Assembly (NCBI RefSeq): GCF_036321535.1
Contig: NC_087436.1
Span: 58,716,001-58,780,000, forward strand
DNA: 64,000 nucleotides
Reading direction: 5' to 3'
Origin: Camelus dromedarius
Lineage: Eukaryota
The notes beneath the pieces were generated by a model. That model did no database searches. It was not told the DNA's origin and saw only the letters and a program-made list of their open reading frames with translations. The first letter of the stretch is position 1; the number at the start of each line of letters is the position of its first letter. Below, one piece after another: positions 38,401 through 53,175 of this stretch. The position numbers and the translations under genes were made by a program.

Positions 38401-41400
38401 TCATTCAGAGAAGCCTCCTTAAATCCTTGTATGACTAGGGTGGGATTGAACATTGAATGCAAGAGGAAATCTACAGTCAAAACATATGGAAATTCATCCT
38501 TAACAAAATGAATACCAGTCAGATAAATCAGCAACTGGAACAGGTAAAACTGTTTTTTCTACAAATTGAGCATTTTGACAATTTGGATCAAAATAGTCAG
38601 TTTGATATGACAAGAAATAAACTCAGAGTTATATAAAATGGTAGTGAATCCTTGTTAGAACTGATCAAAGTTCAGAGCAGAATAATTATTATCTGGCCAG
38701 TAAGTGAAAAGAAAAACTGATGATGATCTAAAATTATCTTATTTAAAAAAATTTTTAAAGTCACATAATTACTCAAATTTGAATTTATTTAGATTCAGAA
38801 CAAAAACTACTGCATAGTTTTATTTTATTAAAATAGATTTTAGAAGACATGAAATGTAATTTGTTAGAAATTTAAAATCCTCACTGAAAAGATAATTTTA
38901 AAAAATCTATGATACTATGGCATGGTAAGACTATTAAATGTATTTTTTTATCATGGCCTCACCTTAATTATGGTAAAGCTTTTTCATTTTTGGAATGATT
39001 AAATCATAATTTTAAAGATGGTTTATTATAATTTACAAGGGGGGCAGAGTGTGAAACAAATGAGACAAAACTAGAAAGGAAAATGAGATCTGTGAAGATC
39101 ATTATGAAGGGAGATACAGCTTAACACTAGAAATATGATACATTGCCAGATAAAGAATAAGTCCTCTGAAAAATAGGAAAAATAAAATTACAGTTCAGAT
39201 TTATATATATCAAGTATATATACATATTATATATGATTAAGAAAAAGAAGTATATGTAAGAAATAGTCCTATAAAAAACAAAAGGAGTATGAGATTCAAA
39301 ATCAGAGTCATCATTTTGATACTTTCTCCCTTTTTTATGTTACTCATGTTATAAATTTTGTAACTTGAGAATTAGATTATATAAGAATGGTTAGTTTAAA
39401 TTGATTGGATGTTTGAGGTTCATTATTGTGTCTGGGAAGTCATCTGATTAGAAAAATATATAAAGCTACCCCACATAATTTACAGGGCTCTCATATTTTT
39501 GTTTTTTCTGTCTTTTCATGCAGAGTAATTTCTGAACACTGCAGCAAGAGCTGTGTCTTTCCTAGTTACCAAAGTAAATAAAGCACATTGGATTCCTTGG
39601 ACTGTGATGGAGAATGAGGTGGAATGAGGATTGGAATTCAACTGAGAATTTTTAAAACCCAAAGAATAGATAATGTTCCCATTTAAACAAGCTTTGGATT
39701 TTAATTGATTTGGGGATAAGGACACAGACTCTTCTGTTTGCTGTTCCATGTCTTTAAATAGTCTCGTGGGAGGAAACCATCAAAGTGTATTCTGTAAATG
39801 AGGAATTAACAAGGCAAAACTAAAGACACTTAGGTTTGCATCATAAATTGTGGCTATTGACTAAATTGTCTAGAGAAAGCTTTCTGATTATCTAAAAATT
39901 TAACCTTTTCCATTTCCCAATTGGAACTGTTGGCTCAGCTTTGTCAACAAATCTAATGCCAATCAAATGAAGTGCAACTTCAGTTAAAAAATGAATATTA
40001 TGACAGAAACTTCTCATGTATATAAAAATTTAGAATCCCATATGAATGAGAATTCAAGCTAAAATAAATCTGAGTATTTATGTCAACTTTGTCCACACAG
40101 AAGTATACTTATCCTGTGTAGAAATAAAGTGATTATGGAAAATGATACCACTTTGGAGACCTAAGAATTTGAATTTTGAAAAAAAATACTTGTGAAGCTG
40201 AATTGCTTCATGGGATGTCACTTTTTAAAAAGCATCAAAGCCTTAATCTTTCCTTATTTTTATTGAAATAAGAGTGGTTAATAGCACTTCACTGAGATTT
40301 GTACAATTTCTACATTTATGTAATTTGACTAGTTTTTCTTACATTCAATTAACTTTTATGTTCCAGAGTGCTTTAATTATAATGGCTGTAAATACCAAAA
40401 ATTAACTGTCAATAGGTACTTAGAACCATATTCTAATTGATACTTCAATGAGGTGCCTAGTATTTGACAAAAAAGGAAGCTTTTTACATTTTGCGTTTGA
40501 ATTAGCATGTGATAAACAGCCATAAGCATTCACATCCTTACCTGACTGTGAGTCTAATAGGGAAACCTGATTAGTTAATATATATGTAACATACACATAT
40601 GTACTAACCCCTATAACCTGAATAGAATAGTTGCATAATATTATAGTGTTAAACATCATAAATTTAATCAAACGAATGATTGAAAATAATTTAATATGTT
40701 TATTCTCTTATATCTATTTTAAGACTAAGGGCAAAAGGCCCTTGACTCATTCTGTAAGTGGGGTAACATGATTTATGATATGAAGTAATAAGGCAATCTT
40801 TTCTGCAAAATCTGGTAAAAACTCTTTTGAAATAGAACACACTTGAGTGTAAGATGTTTCCCTTAGATCTCCTGAGGGGACTGTGCCTGGAGGATTGACT
40901 CTGATTGTAGGTTTTGTATATTTGGAAATTTTATTTTATCAGTTTGCTCAGGGATTATCAGAGTGAGCAAATGAGGCTAACCAGATTCCTAAGGACAATT
41001 TACTAATCTTAATTCAGGAAAACATTTTCTTATTATACACAGTACCTTTTGGTTTTTTAATTTTCTTGAAAAGGGAATCAAATTGCTTGGAATCACAGCA
41101 AAAAAAAAAAAACCCAAAACTTGACTATTTTTATTCATCCTTAAATAGGATATGGGGAATCATTCATGCTCCACCATATGTCTATAGTGTCAGGTAAGAC
41201 GTAACTGGCTCTGATGAGAACAATGCTGGACAAACATATTTGTTCTTGTTCTATAGCTTTTCTAACCACAACCTATGTAGCTCAGCACCCGTCTATTTGT
41301 ATAACCAGCTTCATGAAGTTTAAATGTATAATGTTGTATCATTTTAAATGGAATACAATTTAGGATGGCCACTTTCTATTAAATCGAGTGAGGCATTTAA

Positions 41401-42404
41401 CTAAGCTATGTCCAAGTATTATGTAAGACCAGTTGCTAGAGAACTTTTGTTCCATATCTCTTTTGTGTTGGTATTTTGTTATTTCTATCTATGTACAGTA
41501 GTAGTTTCTAACCTCACCCATGAATTTTGTCTTGCATTTCAGTTTGAACTTGTGGCTGTCTTTTCTCTCATTAAATCCATAAAAGAAATTGGTGTTTTCT
41601 AAACTCTGATCCAAGAAAACTGGTTTAGAACAAAGATTTCAATAATTTTTAGCAAAATGAGAAAAAGAAATTTGTTTCCTAAAGCTAAATATATTTAACC
41701 TATTTTTGGCATTATTTCTTCTCTACTTTATTAAATATAAATTGTAGTAAATATCATTATTTCTGTTAGTGACCTTGGATAAATAAAATGCTGGCCATTC
41801 TATAAGAGGAGCACCACTCCCTTTTTTTCCCTCTTCTCCCTCTTTCTCCAGGAAGCACTACTGGGCTGATGAAAGTTTTCTGTTTTTTTTTTTTTTTTTT
41901 TTTTAAAGACTATTAATTGAAAATAGGGCTGCCCTAAGGTTTTTGGGAAATGGATCACAGGACAGACACTGTTGGATATGATAGAATCATTCCCTGGAAG
42001 CAGGTCTAAGAAATTTACCAGAGTGCCCTGAAAGCTTAGCCTTAGCCAGCTCTCTGTTTTCCCTCAAGGGAATTGTGGGACTGAGAGAGAACTTGGCTGG
42101 AAGTTTTCAAAATTTGGGAGGAAGAAAACATAACAAGGGACTCAGCTTGGGTCTACTAAGAGAGATCTATACAGAAGTGAATTTGCCTAGTGGCCTGGTG
42201 CTCCAGGGTCTCCGAAAGCATGTTTGCTTGGGGGCTGAGAAGCCTCTTGAGAAAAGAATTCATACTCTATCTGCTGCTCATGATAAGATGGGTTGGAACA
42301 TTTGATACAAAATTTAAGTATATTTTTAAAGAACATAATCCAAATGTTTGGTTATTTCCTGTAAGCTTTTATTACTACATTTTTCAACTGTGTCTTTAGC
42401 ATTG

Positions 42405-42768
42405 TGGAAATAACACCAAATTTGCCAAATAGTCTGCTTTTTTAATTTAATGAACTTGCTGCTGTGGCTTAATATAGATTTCAACTTTCTTCAGTGTTAT
42501 ACTGGAAAGTGTGTGTTCTTTCCAGCATGCGAGGCTTAGTGTATATTTGGTTAATTCATCTTTTAATTAATATATAATTATATGTTTTATATTAATATAT
42601 AATTAAATTAATTAATCTTTAAATATTAATTAATAAATGTTAATATATTATATAATTATATAATTTTCCAGTATAACACTGAAGAAAATTGAAATCTATA
42701 TTAAGTCATAGAAACAATTTCATTAAATTAAAAAATCAGAGTATCTGGCAATTTTGGTTTTATTTTCA
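42405..42768. repeat. long imperfect inverted repeat (104-bp arms, 156-bp spacer)
   Basis: 42405-42508 versus the reverse complement of 42665-42768 aligns without gaps, with 12 mismatches by manual count. Confidence 0.95.
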
Positions 42769-42940
42769 TATATATACATAGAGAAAGTCCTCACTCAGTA
42801 ATTGACTCTGATCTGGGCTTCACTCCTAGCAGTGCTGTGTACACACTCTGGGATCCAGGGCAAGTCATGGAGCCTCCTGAGCCTTTATTTCCTTCCTCCT
42901 GTGTGAAATCTGGTTTTAATAGTAAATACCATTTAGGATT

Positions 42941-43228
42941 CTTTTTTTTTTTAAATTCAAGTATAGTCAGTTCACAATGTGTCAATCTCTGGTGTATAGT
43001 ATAATGCTTCAGTCACACATATACATACATGTATTTGTTTCCACATTCTTTCCCACTATAGGCCACCATAGTTCTCCATGCTGCACAGAAGAAACTGGCT
43101 ATCGATCTATCCCATACACAGTTGTTAATATCTGCAAACGTCTAATTCCCAATCCATCCCTTCCCGCTGGCTTTACTGGCTTTACCCCCTGTAATCACAA
43201 ATTTGTTTACTATGTATGTGAGTCTGTG
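42941..43228 (-). mobile_element. 5'-truncated L1 3' UTR
   Basis: Poly(T) then aaattcaagtatagtcagttcacaatgtgtcaatctctggtg..., the same family as 2717 and 60413. Confidence 0.87.
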
Positions 43229-45494
43229 TGTATGAGTCAGAGGAAAAGATTGAACAAGAAGTGTGGCAACAAGTCACAGAGGCATAAGAAGTAGTTCCAT
43301 TTGGGCTATCACCCTAAATCCCATCAAATAGGCAATGGGAAGCCAGCAGAGACACTAGTCACATAGCCAAGTGGTTGACTGACAGCCCCTGCCAGGCAAG
43401 CTGGACTGATAGACAAGGTGATGTCTTCATGAAACAAACCCTACTGGCCGGTATCAGTAGTTCTGTTGTTTCTTCTCAGGGTAAAGAGGTGGTGGGAGTA
43501 AAACCAATACCCAAGCCTTTTTAGCTACACATATCATTACCAGCACTAAGATGAGACATTGCTTTTTTTTAAATTTTGTTTCTAATTTTAGAAGTGGGAG
43601 AACAGAGATAACCTGAGAGATCATCTGGTCTTAGCACAGGGTTAAGAGTCTAAGAAGAATGATGAATCTATCTAGAGAAGGAATTTAGTTGATGCTGACT
43701 GTAAGGAAAATCTTAGTTGTCCATGCTAGCTAGAAATAAGGAAAAAATAAGGCTGGCACACTGAGGGAGGGGGCTGATTGATATAAACAACTTGTTTTTC
43801 ATTTTAATATGAAACAGTTTAATGAAACTAGGAGAGATTACTACTACCTATAACTCCTTATAAGTATAAAACTATGAGTATGCATATAAAATTTTGGTCA
43901 ATTGAACAAAATAACATTGGTTAACTTACAAAAGCTGGAGTTAAGTATAATTTAATTACAGTGCTTCCTCCCAGTTATTTAAGTAAAACAAATTTCACTT
44001 TAACTAGGTGGTTATAGTCACCAAATTCAGAACTTTAAACTTTTCTTTAAAAAAAAAAATGCAATTACTGGCAGCAAAAGAAAGACAACTGGATAATTTA
44101 TAGATTTACTAATATCATTTCTTAACCTGCCCACATACTCACCATTACAGCATGCTACCACAATCATGCGAGGATAACAGCTCTCACTCAGTTCACAAAT
44201 CATGAAACCCATCTTAGTATTATCATTTTTCCCCAGTTACATGAAAAAAGTCTTTTTAAAAATACTATGTTAAATTGCATTCTACCTTTATTTTCCTAAA
44301 AATTATAGGACTTTTGAGTAGTGGTAGAAGTCTCTTCAGATAATTTGAGATATAGGTAAGAATTTTTTGTGATTTAAAAATTAATTTTAATTTTAAAAAT
44401 TTGAAGATCCTCTAAACATGTTGTTTTTAAAAGAAACAAAAAGCCTTACTCCTTCAGGGGTTCCTGTGAGACTGGTTGCAATTTTCACTTTAATTTTGAC
44501 TGGAAATATCACAATGTGATTTTTTTTTTTTTTTTTTTTTTGGCAAGATGACCTTTAGTTTCAACTAGAAAGTAGGGCAGAGGGTAGGGTTATCAAAAGA
44601 AATAAGTTAACCCCAAACTGTCACTTTTAAAAATACTTAGCTTCAGATCAAGTTTGGGTGAGGATTTTTTGAAACCAGATTATTCACTTTTTTTCCAAAG
44701 TGTACAGTCATTTAGCCACAGCAGGGATACATCAAGGAGCTATCTATCTTCCCTTCTCTCTCCCTTGCTCTCATTTCTGGAAGCACAGCAGTTAATACTG
44801 CAATTACAGAATGAAGGAAAGTGAGTCCTCTGACTCCAGTATCCTCCCCACTGCTTTGCCATGTATCAGTGCAGACATTTCCAAGGCAGGGCAGGCTCTC
44901 TTAAAAAACATTAAATGCCAGAGACTAGAGCAACTTTCACCTTCTATGTAATCAGTTGCAGTAAATCACACACAAAACAGCTCTCTTACTTTTTTTCCTT
45001 TTTCCATTCTTACCAAAATCTTTCTATTTTTTTCTGTCTCATCTTACCACTGAACATAGTTTTTTTAGTCATTCTTTCATCTGCACCATCATCAAAATCA
45101 GTAATGATTCAAGTTCAGTATATAGCTGACACTGTACTGAGTGATAGATTATACAGTGAAGGGGGCAAGAGAGATTCACCTGATTCAAAGACTACACATT
45201 TTTAAGCTTAAAGTTTAAAGCCAAGGACAAATACTTGCAAAATAATTTGTTTTCATTACATCTACCATATTTTTTTCCAAAATAATGATGAGATTTATTC
45301 TACTATGCTACATAAAAAGTCACTAATAGCTATCTATCAATTTTAAAAATAATTAGAATTCAAACTTTTATCAGTAAAATCTATTAGCATGTATTCTTTC
45401 TTTCCTTTAGACTGTTCTGTTCATGTATTTTATAATAAATACCAATACAAAAATGATTAATTGCATGACATCTCCATTTGTTTATGTATATAAT

Positions 45495-45700
45495 TATATG
45501 TTATTTACATGCTCTCTATATTCAATGCTCTAATAGCCCTTTAAGATTGGTGGAGTTTTATCTCCACTTTAGAGATGGATAAAATTGAAGTTCAGAAAGT
45601 TTAAGGTAACCATCCCAAGAGCTCAAAGCGTGTAAGTGCTAGAACCAGAATTCCAACCACAGTAACCAAAATCCACAGATCCCAGTGTGTTAACAGTGAC
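45495..45700 (-). mobile_element. MIR
   Basis: ttttagagatggataaaattgaagttcagaaagtttaaggtaaccatcccaag...gtaagtgctagaaccagaattc. Confidence 0.75.
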
Positions 45701-48557
45701 AATATAGACTTGACTAATTAAATTGTACTTTTCCTTGATTAAAGCAAAACTTTTTTTTCCTCCAAGAGATTGTGAGTAAATGTTTCTTTAAAAATCTGCA
45801 TATACGGCAAAAATTTGTGACTCTGTTATTTTTAAAATGTTAATTCTTAAATATACATTTAATAAATATTTACTATATAAGAAATATACATATTATATTT
45901 TATATATGAGAAATAAAATATTTATGCATTTATATAAAGATATAGAAGTATAAGTATTAATATATAAATATTATATGAGTTTATAAATATATGCCTTTTA
46001 TATTGAAAATTAGACATATTAAGTGATTTTCTCAAGATTGGAATATTTACTACTATCTGAAATAAGACTGGGACAGAGGTTTTAGACCTCTTCTAGTACA
46101 TTCCTATTGCCCTGGACCACACAGTAAGTAGTTTCTATTAAGAAGACTAAGAAAGCTTAACTAATGAAGTGCTATGATTATCAGAGTTCATGTTAATCTC
46201 TTCTCTTCTCTTTCCCTGTCCTTTACCCTTCTCTTTACCTTTCTCCTTCTTTCTCCTTTTCCTCCTCTTCCTCCAGCTCTCTTTCCTTCTCTTTTTCATC
46301 TTAATCTTTTATCTTCTTCCTCCTAATTTATATGTAGTTGTGGAATAGAGAAATATTTATGAAAAGAGAAACTCATAGCTGCCAAATAAACTGGCCAAAT
46401 GCTACCATCACAATAGTATGTAATATATTATAACATCCAAATGCTACAAAGCTTTTTTTTTTTTTACAAACTGAAATAATATATATTAAATAAATTACAA
46501 GAAGATTAAATGGATAATTTGTACATCATATGCTGAAACTCTTTGGTGAAAAAATATTCTAAAAACTGTTGTTAGAGCATTTGGAGTTATTAAATAAAGC
46601 ATTAAGAAAAGTCTTTTGGCTTTGGAGTCACATATAACTTTAAAGAAGAAAGCTTCTTCTGAGAAATGTCTCTCAACTCTAACCGTATTTAAAGTGGACT
46701 CATCCTAAAGAAATGTCAACAAGGCGTTATCTAATCTCAGTATACTACACTATGGCTCTGTCTTTATAGTCTCTCTTATTGATCGAAGGACTAGTACTGA
46801 TTGGTATTAATGTCATTTGAAACTTCTCTTTTTCTGTGCTGAGTGAGTCCCTTTTCATACATGAGCCCTGTTTGCCTGCATATGTGTAAGGGAATTATAT
46901 GCTCATCACATTACAACTGCACCACAATTGCAGATACAATATAAGGCAAACACGTTGCATGTTTGCTATTAAAGTTGCATTTCAAATTTGTTGTTTTATG
47001 GTAAAAGCTTCCAAATCTGGATTAACACATGTTCATGCTTTTTCATTTATTAAGAAAAAATAGCTTTTTTTTAAAACTTAGTCCTTTGAAATTACAATTT
47101 TTCTTGGATTAATTCAGTTAAAAATTTGATTAATCCTTCTTGGAGAGTGAGTTTCCTAATTCCATCGATCTTGATTGGATTAGAGTCTATGTCTCAAACA
47201 CAAATACATATACAATTTCTATCAATTTTTCACTTGCAACGTGATAGCTTCCAGTTACCAAAGTAGTTGCTGTGTAGCTATTGGGTAGTAGGAAAAGATT
47301 AAGTACTCTCAATCCTACAGAAAGTGCACAAGTAGCTATAACTCTAGTTGAGTTGAGTTACCAATGAACCTTTTTAAGGAACTATCCCTTTTTATCCCTG
47401 CATAGAAAAGTAGACTTAAATTATGTGATTGCTTTGGTTATCTTATCTGGGATTTGTATTTTATGGAAAGGACACTTGAGATTCAAAATTTTACGTAGAT
47501 TTTTTTTAAGCACAAAATATTCTCCTCCAATACTGTAAATTTTTCAATATACTTTTAACAAGGAGTCTGTCGTAATTTAGATGAGTCTCTGAGGTATGGA
47601 ATTCATGAATATCAAGCTTGACTTAAAAAGGGCTTTAATTTCTTTCAGTTACAGTAATATGGATCACCTTATCACTGTGAACCTTTTTCTGTGTTTCTAT
47701 ACAAACATATGAGCTTAGTAATTTATTAAACTAATCACTTCATTTATCTAAAGCAAAATTCTACTAAAGCAATAAAAAAGGATAAAATCTCAATTAGATT
47801 TGAAAAGCACAGCCTATTGTTTAATTAATGGCATTTTAAAGTATTTAATACAATATAGTTTTTAAATTCTCACCAATATATAAATATACTTTCAGTGATT
47901 TAATTATACAATTAAAAGTTTTTAAAGGTTTTTATTTAACTTGGCTCAAGTTAAGATAAACTTGAAATCAGTGTAATTCTTATAAATACTTTCAAAGCAG
48001 GATGTCATGGATGTGTTCAAACTTATTTTTATATCTGTAATACTTTTAGGCCCATTAACTTAAGTAAAATAATGGGTGCTAATGGTCTGAATGTGGAGAT
48101 CATGGGGAGGTGGCTTGTGCAGTAATGGGCAATGTAGAAATATATACATCATAATATGAACGCCTCTCTATCTCCCACTACTCATTTTCCCTAAGTAGGC
48201 ATTGTTAGCAGTTTGCTTATGTATCTTTTTAGACATATGTTCTAGACTTATGTGTCTTTTTAGACATGTGAATGTCAATTGTCAATTAGACATTCACATG
48301 TACATTTAACCAATGATGATAATGCTATGGTTTTGTTCTGAAGTGATCATATTTTCTTCACTTGTAATAATGGTAGTCTCCTTCTTCCTATGTTCTGAGT
48401 TTGAATACCAACTCATATGCTTAATAAATGTGTGATTTAGGTAAGTTCTGTTGTCTCTCTGAACTTTAATTTCCTCATTTGTAGATCAGGTAATAATTGA
48501 AGAGAAAGAAGAAATCATCCTGGGGTGTGTTAGTCAGGAAAACTTTCTCTCTATAGG

Positions 48558-48670
48558 CGGGGTGACTATTCATCCTTGTTGTTGCCTACTGCCCCGAAGT
48601 GATTACTAATAGTGCCCGTTTCACTCAGAAGTATTCTGGCTTAAATGTTAACTTATATGGCCTTGCTTAT
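48558..48670. mobile_element. MER94-like hAT-Blackjack element inside a MIR (about 48390-48725)
   Basis: ggggtgactatt...gattactaatagtgcccgtttcactc...ttatatgg, with MIR core on both sides (ttcctcatttgtag / atagggttgttgacaggagtaaatga). Confidence 0.62.
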
Positions 48671-49322
48671 AGGGTTGTTGACAGGAGTAAATGAAATAGT
48701 GTCTGGTGTGCTATAGGCATTCTCTATATTTAACCTATGAGTAAATTATATATATATAGTGTAAAGTTAACATATGCATAAATTGCTTTAGTGTTTTCAC
48801 CTTCATTTACATTTTTAACAATTAAACAATATAAGTTAGATGTATGTAGACATACACAAAGCCAGGATTATTACAGATCCGCTTAGATTTTAAATTTGGA
48901 TTACATATTTCAGGATCAAAACCAACTCTCTGGTATAATTCAAATATACATTATAACGTTGATTGTACAAGTTTTGTGATCGATTTAAAATATGGCAAAA
49001 TTTGAACAGAAGCCACTGTTGAAGCTGACATGAAATGATTGCACTTTTCATATTGTATATATATCTAGTTTTAAAAAAGGGGAGATTTTCATGGTTATAT
49101 CTCTTCATAAAAAGAAATTTGGTCTTCCAGAAACTTAACGTGTCCTTATTTAAATGAATACACATGGACACATAATGCCAGTATTCAGAGATTAAAGTAC
49201 CCATTTCTGCAAGAGAAAAAGGCATTAAACAAGCCAAAATGAAAGTCACAAAGAAGGGAAATCATAATACAAAGGATATCACAGTCTTAATATTTATTAA
49301 CAATTCTCAGAGGAAATACTTG

Positions 49323-49671
49323 TGTTATGGACTGAAAGTTTGTGTCCCCTGAAAGTTCACATGTTGAAACCCTACCCTTCAATGTGATGGTATTAGGAGA
49401 TGGGGCCTATGGGAGGTGATTAGGATTAGAGGAGGCCATGAACAGAATTAGTCATAAAAGTGTTAGTAGTTACGAGAATGCTTGCTTCCCTTCTCTCTGC
49501 CCATTGCCCTGTGAGGATACGATGAGAATTTGGTAGTCTACATCAGAACTCAACCATTCTGATATCCTGATCTGGGACTCCGAGCCGCCAGAACAGTGAG
49601 AAGTAAATTTCTCTTGCTTGTAAGTTATCCTGCTATGATTCTTTATATAGTAGCCCTGACTAATTAAGACA
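49323..49671 (+). mobile_element. MaLR solo LTR (MLT1A0-like)
   Basis: tgttatggactgaaagtttgtgtcccc...aatgtgatggtattaggagatggggcc...ccagaacagtgagaagtaaatttct...taagaca. Near-TSD acttg/actag. Confidence 0.9.
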
Positions 49672-52600
49672 ACTAGAATTAATTAGATTACATATTTTCT
49701 CTATCAAACATGAAAAAACTATTTCAGATTCTTTAATACATCTGTTTATCCTGTTTCTATGCGTGTTTGTTTAAATTGTTTAACAGTATTTTGAAATATA
49801 GATATGTATATATGTAGTAGGTTTTCATGATATTTTGATAACAATTTATTATGCTATAAGTAATAATTGTAAAAGCATTTGTTAGAACTTTTTGTAACAT
49901 TAGACATTTTGATCATGTAAAACCAGATATACTCAAAGATAGACCTTCCAATTAGTAGATTAATAAACTACATAAACGACTAACTAGGGAAATTGTCAGA
50001 GCAAGTATCTGACATCTGCTTCCAGTTTGTCTAATAAAAATAAACAATCAAGAAATAATGAATAGTATCACCTCTTAAGTATCAGATAGGAATATGGTCA
50101 AAGAATGTTATGCACTGTAACTTTCAGAGAATGGGGCGATTATTCTGAGCTGACTTTTTCACTGATAACTTTCTAATAAAGTGGAAAAAGATTGTAGCAA
50201 GGAGAAATATAAAGTCAAAATAATAAAAGACAATAAGTGATTCAGTTTAGATTGGTAGATTGGACTCATAAAAATGAGAAAAACAAGAGTAATAATTTTT
50301 CTCATTAGGCATAGTAGAAATAAGCAATATTTTATGGTAATTAACCAATAACCTAACCAAAAGTTTTGATCCCTACTGGGTGAGGTGAGGATTAGGCAAA
50401 GGCTAAGGTAGAGATGTAAGAGAGTTAAATCTTCAACTGTTAAAACATAAAGTCAGTGGATACTATTTAAGATCAAGAAATCAAAACACAGCTGCATAAT
50501 AATATATTTGTTAAACATCAGAAGAAAATATTTCAAATACTGTAAGTTGTAGTCTATTTATTTATAAGGTAGAAAAATAGGGCAGGAACTGATGTATTTT
50601 ATTTTAATCGTATTACTGCCCTTGGACTTCTAATTTGTTCATATATTATTTTATAAAAGCAAAATGTAATATAAAAAGGAAAGCCAAGTAAAATTATGAG
50701 GAATAACTAGTACTCAGGGTTTTTTCTGCTGTAGACTTTTGTTGAAGGAAGTAGGGTGAAATTGAACCTGGGAAAAGCATTGAACCCAGATTCTTCAAAC
50801 ATCTTGAATATCAGGATTGAAAATTTACTTATTGCTAAAAAGTAGTGATAAAAAAATTTGTTATTTCAAATATATCTTTATTAAAAATAAATTATTCAAA
50901 GTCACAACATGATTTTAGGTCATTGGTCTCAATTCATAATATAGTCCATTACTTTAATTGTGAGAACAAATTAGTTTTCATTTTCCTATACAATAACTCT
51001 ACATAGTAAATCTATAGGTACAGGTTTGAGTATCTAGAGCTTTGGAATTTATTCAATGTAATAATCCCTTGTTTCATATAAATTCTAATCTTCAAAGTTA
51101 AAGTTTTTGAAAATCAAAGTATTTTTAAGTCACAGCAGTAAGCAGAATGAAATCTGGTACAGGACAGTTTTTCTCCAAATAACAGGTCAGAGTCAGGCAA
51201 GCTGCAACCTTACCTGCCCAAAGAGATTTATCCACTAAGACAGAAGAGCTGATGGGGTGACCTGCATCAAATCAATCTTTATGTCAGATCCTTTATCACA
51301 GTAATGAAACATTAAAATAATACACTGCAAGTTACTGTATATGACTTCTAACCTTTGCATTATTATCCAGGATTAAATTGTAATTATTATTATCCTCCTG
51401 CTCATCCTTAAGTTTCTCTTCTAATGAGTCCTTAAGCCCTCTTATCCTTTGCTGCCAAACAATTTTCAAATTTGTTGTTTAGTCAGCTTCTTTGTAACTT
51501 TGATGATCCCATTTCATCTTATAAATGTCATTAGCATGTGATTTTTACCCTGCTAGGGATGAGGTCTGTCAAATAAATATGCAGAGTGTTAAAGGAAAGG
51601 AAATTCTAGTGGTTTACCACTGATATTCCACAGAGAATTTGAAGGCATAGGTAATCTCTCAAGCATTTTTATTAGTTAATTTTGTTTATAATTTACATTC
51701 CATATTCATGACCCCTCCCCCCATAATATTTAAATCATTATCCTATTTTTCAAAACTAAATTGACTTTCAGGGTCAAAAATACTTTTATTTTTAAAAAGT
51801 ACAGTGATTTAACATTTTAAACAGTGTTATTTAATGTAGTTTTTTGGATAGACTCTGCTCTTTGTCCTCAGTTTTGTTGTTCTAGTTTAGATAGTCATGG
51901 CATCCATTATACTAGATAGAACTGCCATGACAACTCAGTTAATCATAGGAAAGAAAAGCAATTATTTTTGTACAAACTGTTTTATTATCTTTTGAAGATA
52001 TCAAAATATTTTTGGTTCTTAAGTCCTCACCATATTGCTGGCGCTAGATGGAAAATTTCTTACTATTACTTTGCAAATCCAGTCACAGCGTCACAGAAAA
52101 ACTGATCAAATTGTTCAAGGCTGTGATGCTCCAAGGAGTCATTAGGCCTCATGCCTTTATGTGTTTGAGTGACTCAACAGAGCCCTGGCTAACTTTTAAT
52201 TATTAAGGAAAATTATTATAATTTACAATTTAAATTATTCTTGGGAGTCTCTCAAAGTAAAAAGGGTTACAGATTTCTAGTCAGTTGCTTTTTGAAACCA
52301 AATTAAAAAAAATTAAATTGACTCAGTTTCTGCCTAGATGTAGAGAACTGGAAAGACTCCAGAAAAACTGCAAAGGTCTTTTCTCAACCTTTACAACAGC
52401 AACAAAAATAACAGGAAATTCACAACTCTTTGAATACATCAGAGTACGGAGGCTGCAGGGCTTAAAATCAGAGAAGGTCGTTTGAACATGTGAGAAAAAA
52501 CCAAAACATTTGATTATCTGGGCAAGCTGCTTTGGAACCTATTTAAAAAAGATAGGGTGATTGGCAAATGGCTGGAGGCCAGGTGTATACAAACTGTAAC

Positions 52601-53175
52601 TAATACTCAACAAAAAGGTTGGGAGAAACCAAAGAAATTCTTCAGTATGGAAAGCAGAAGGAGGAGAGAACAGAGAAGATAAAAAGAGAAAACAAAGTAG
52701 GAGCAGTAAGAAACTCTGAGACCCTTCCTGCTAATTTCCTCTAAGAAAATGAAGCTTTGATCTGTAGTATAAGGGCAATAATCTCTCACCTTGAGGCAAC
52801 AGTAAAAAGTCATTGCAGCTAGGGAGGGAAAGGAGCCCTCCGCACCTGGGAAATAAATGCTGGGCTTAAAACTGCACTGGGAGAGGGAAGGACATTAAGT
52901 AGCTCCCAACCTGGAGAACCAGGGCTACTTTGCCTACTTAATAATTAAACTTAACCAGAACAACATAGATTGTTCCCACCCCCACCACTAGGTTAACGAG
53001 TGTCATTTGAATAAAGAGTTACTTGCAGGAAATGGACCATTTCTGCGGTGCAGCACAAAAGGATGGCCAAAAGCTCAGAGTGGAGCAGATATGGGGGGAA
53101 AAACTCAGGCAAATCAATTTTTATAATAAACAAAGTTATCCTTCAAGGAGTTGAAAGGCTATGGTATACTGAAAC

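Noticed and set aside
51214..51261. Further minus-strand donors (51214, also near 40541 and 44460) as upstream exons
   Set aside because: GTAAGG donor motifs are present, but the acceptors are weak or ambiguous, consistent with chance. The 51214-51261 segment is in phase with exon B but otherwise unsupported.
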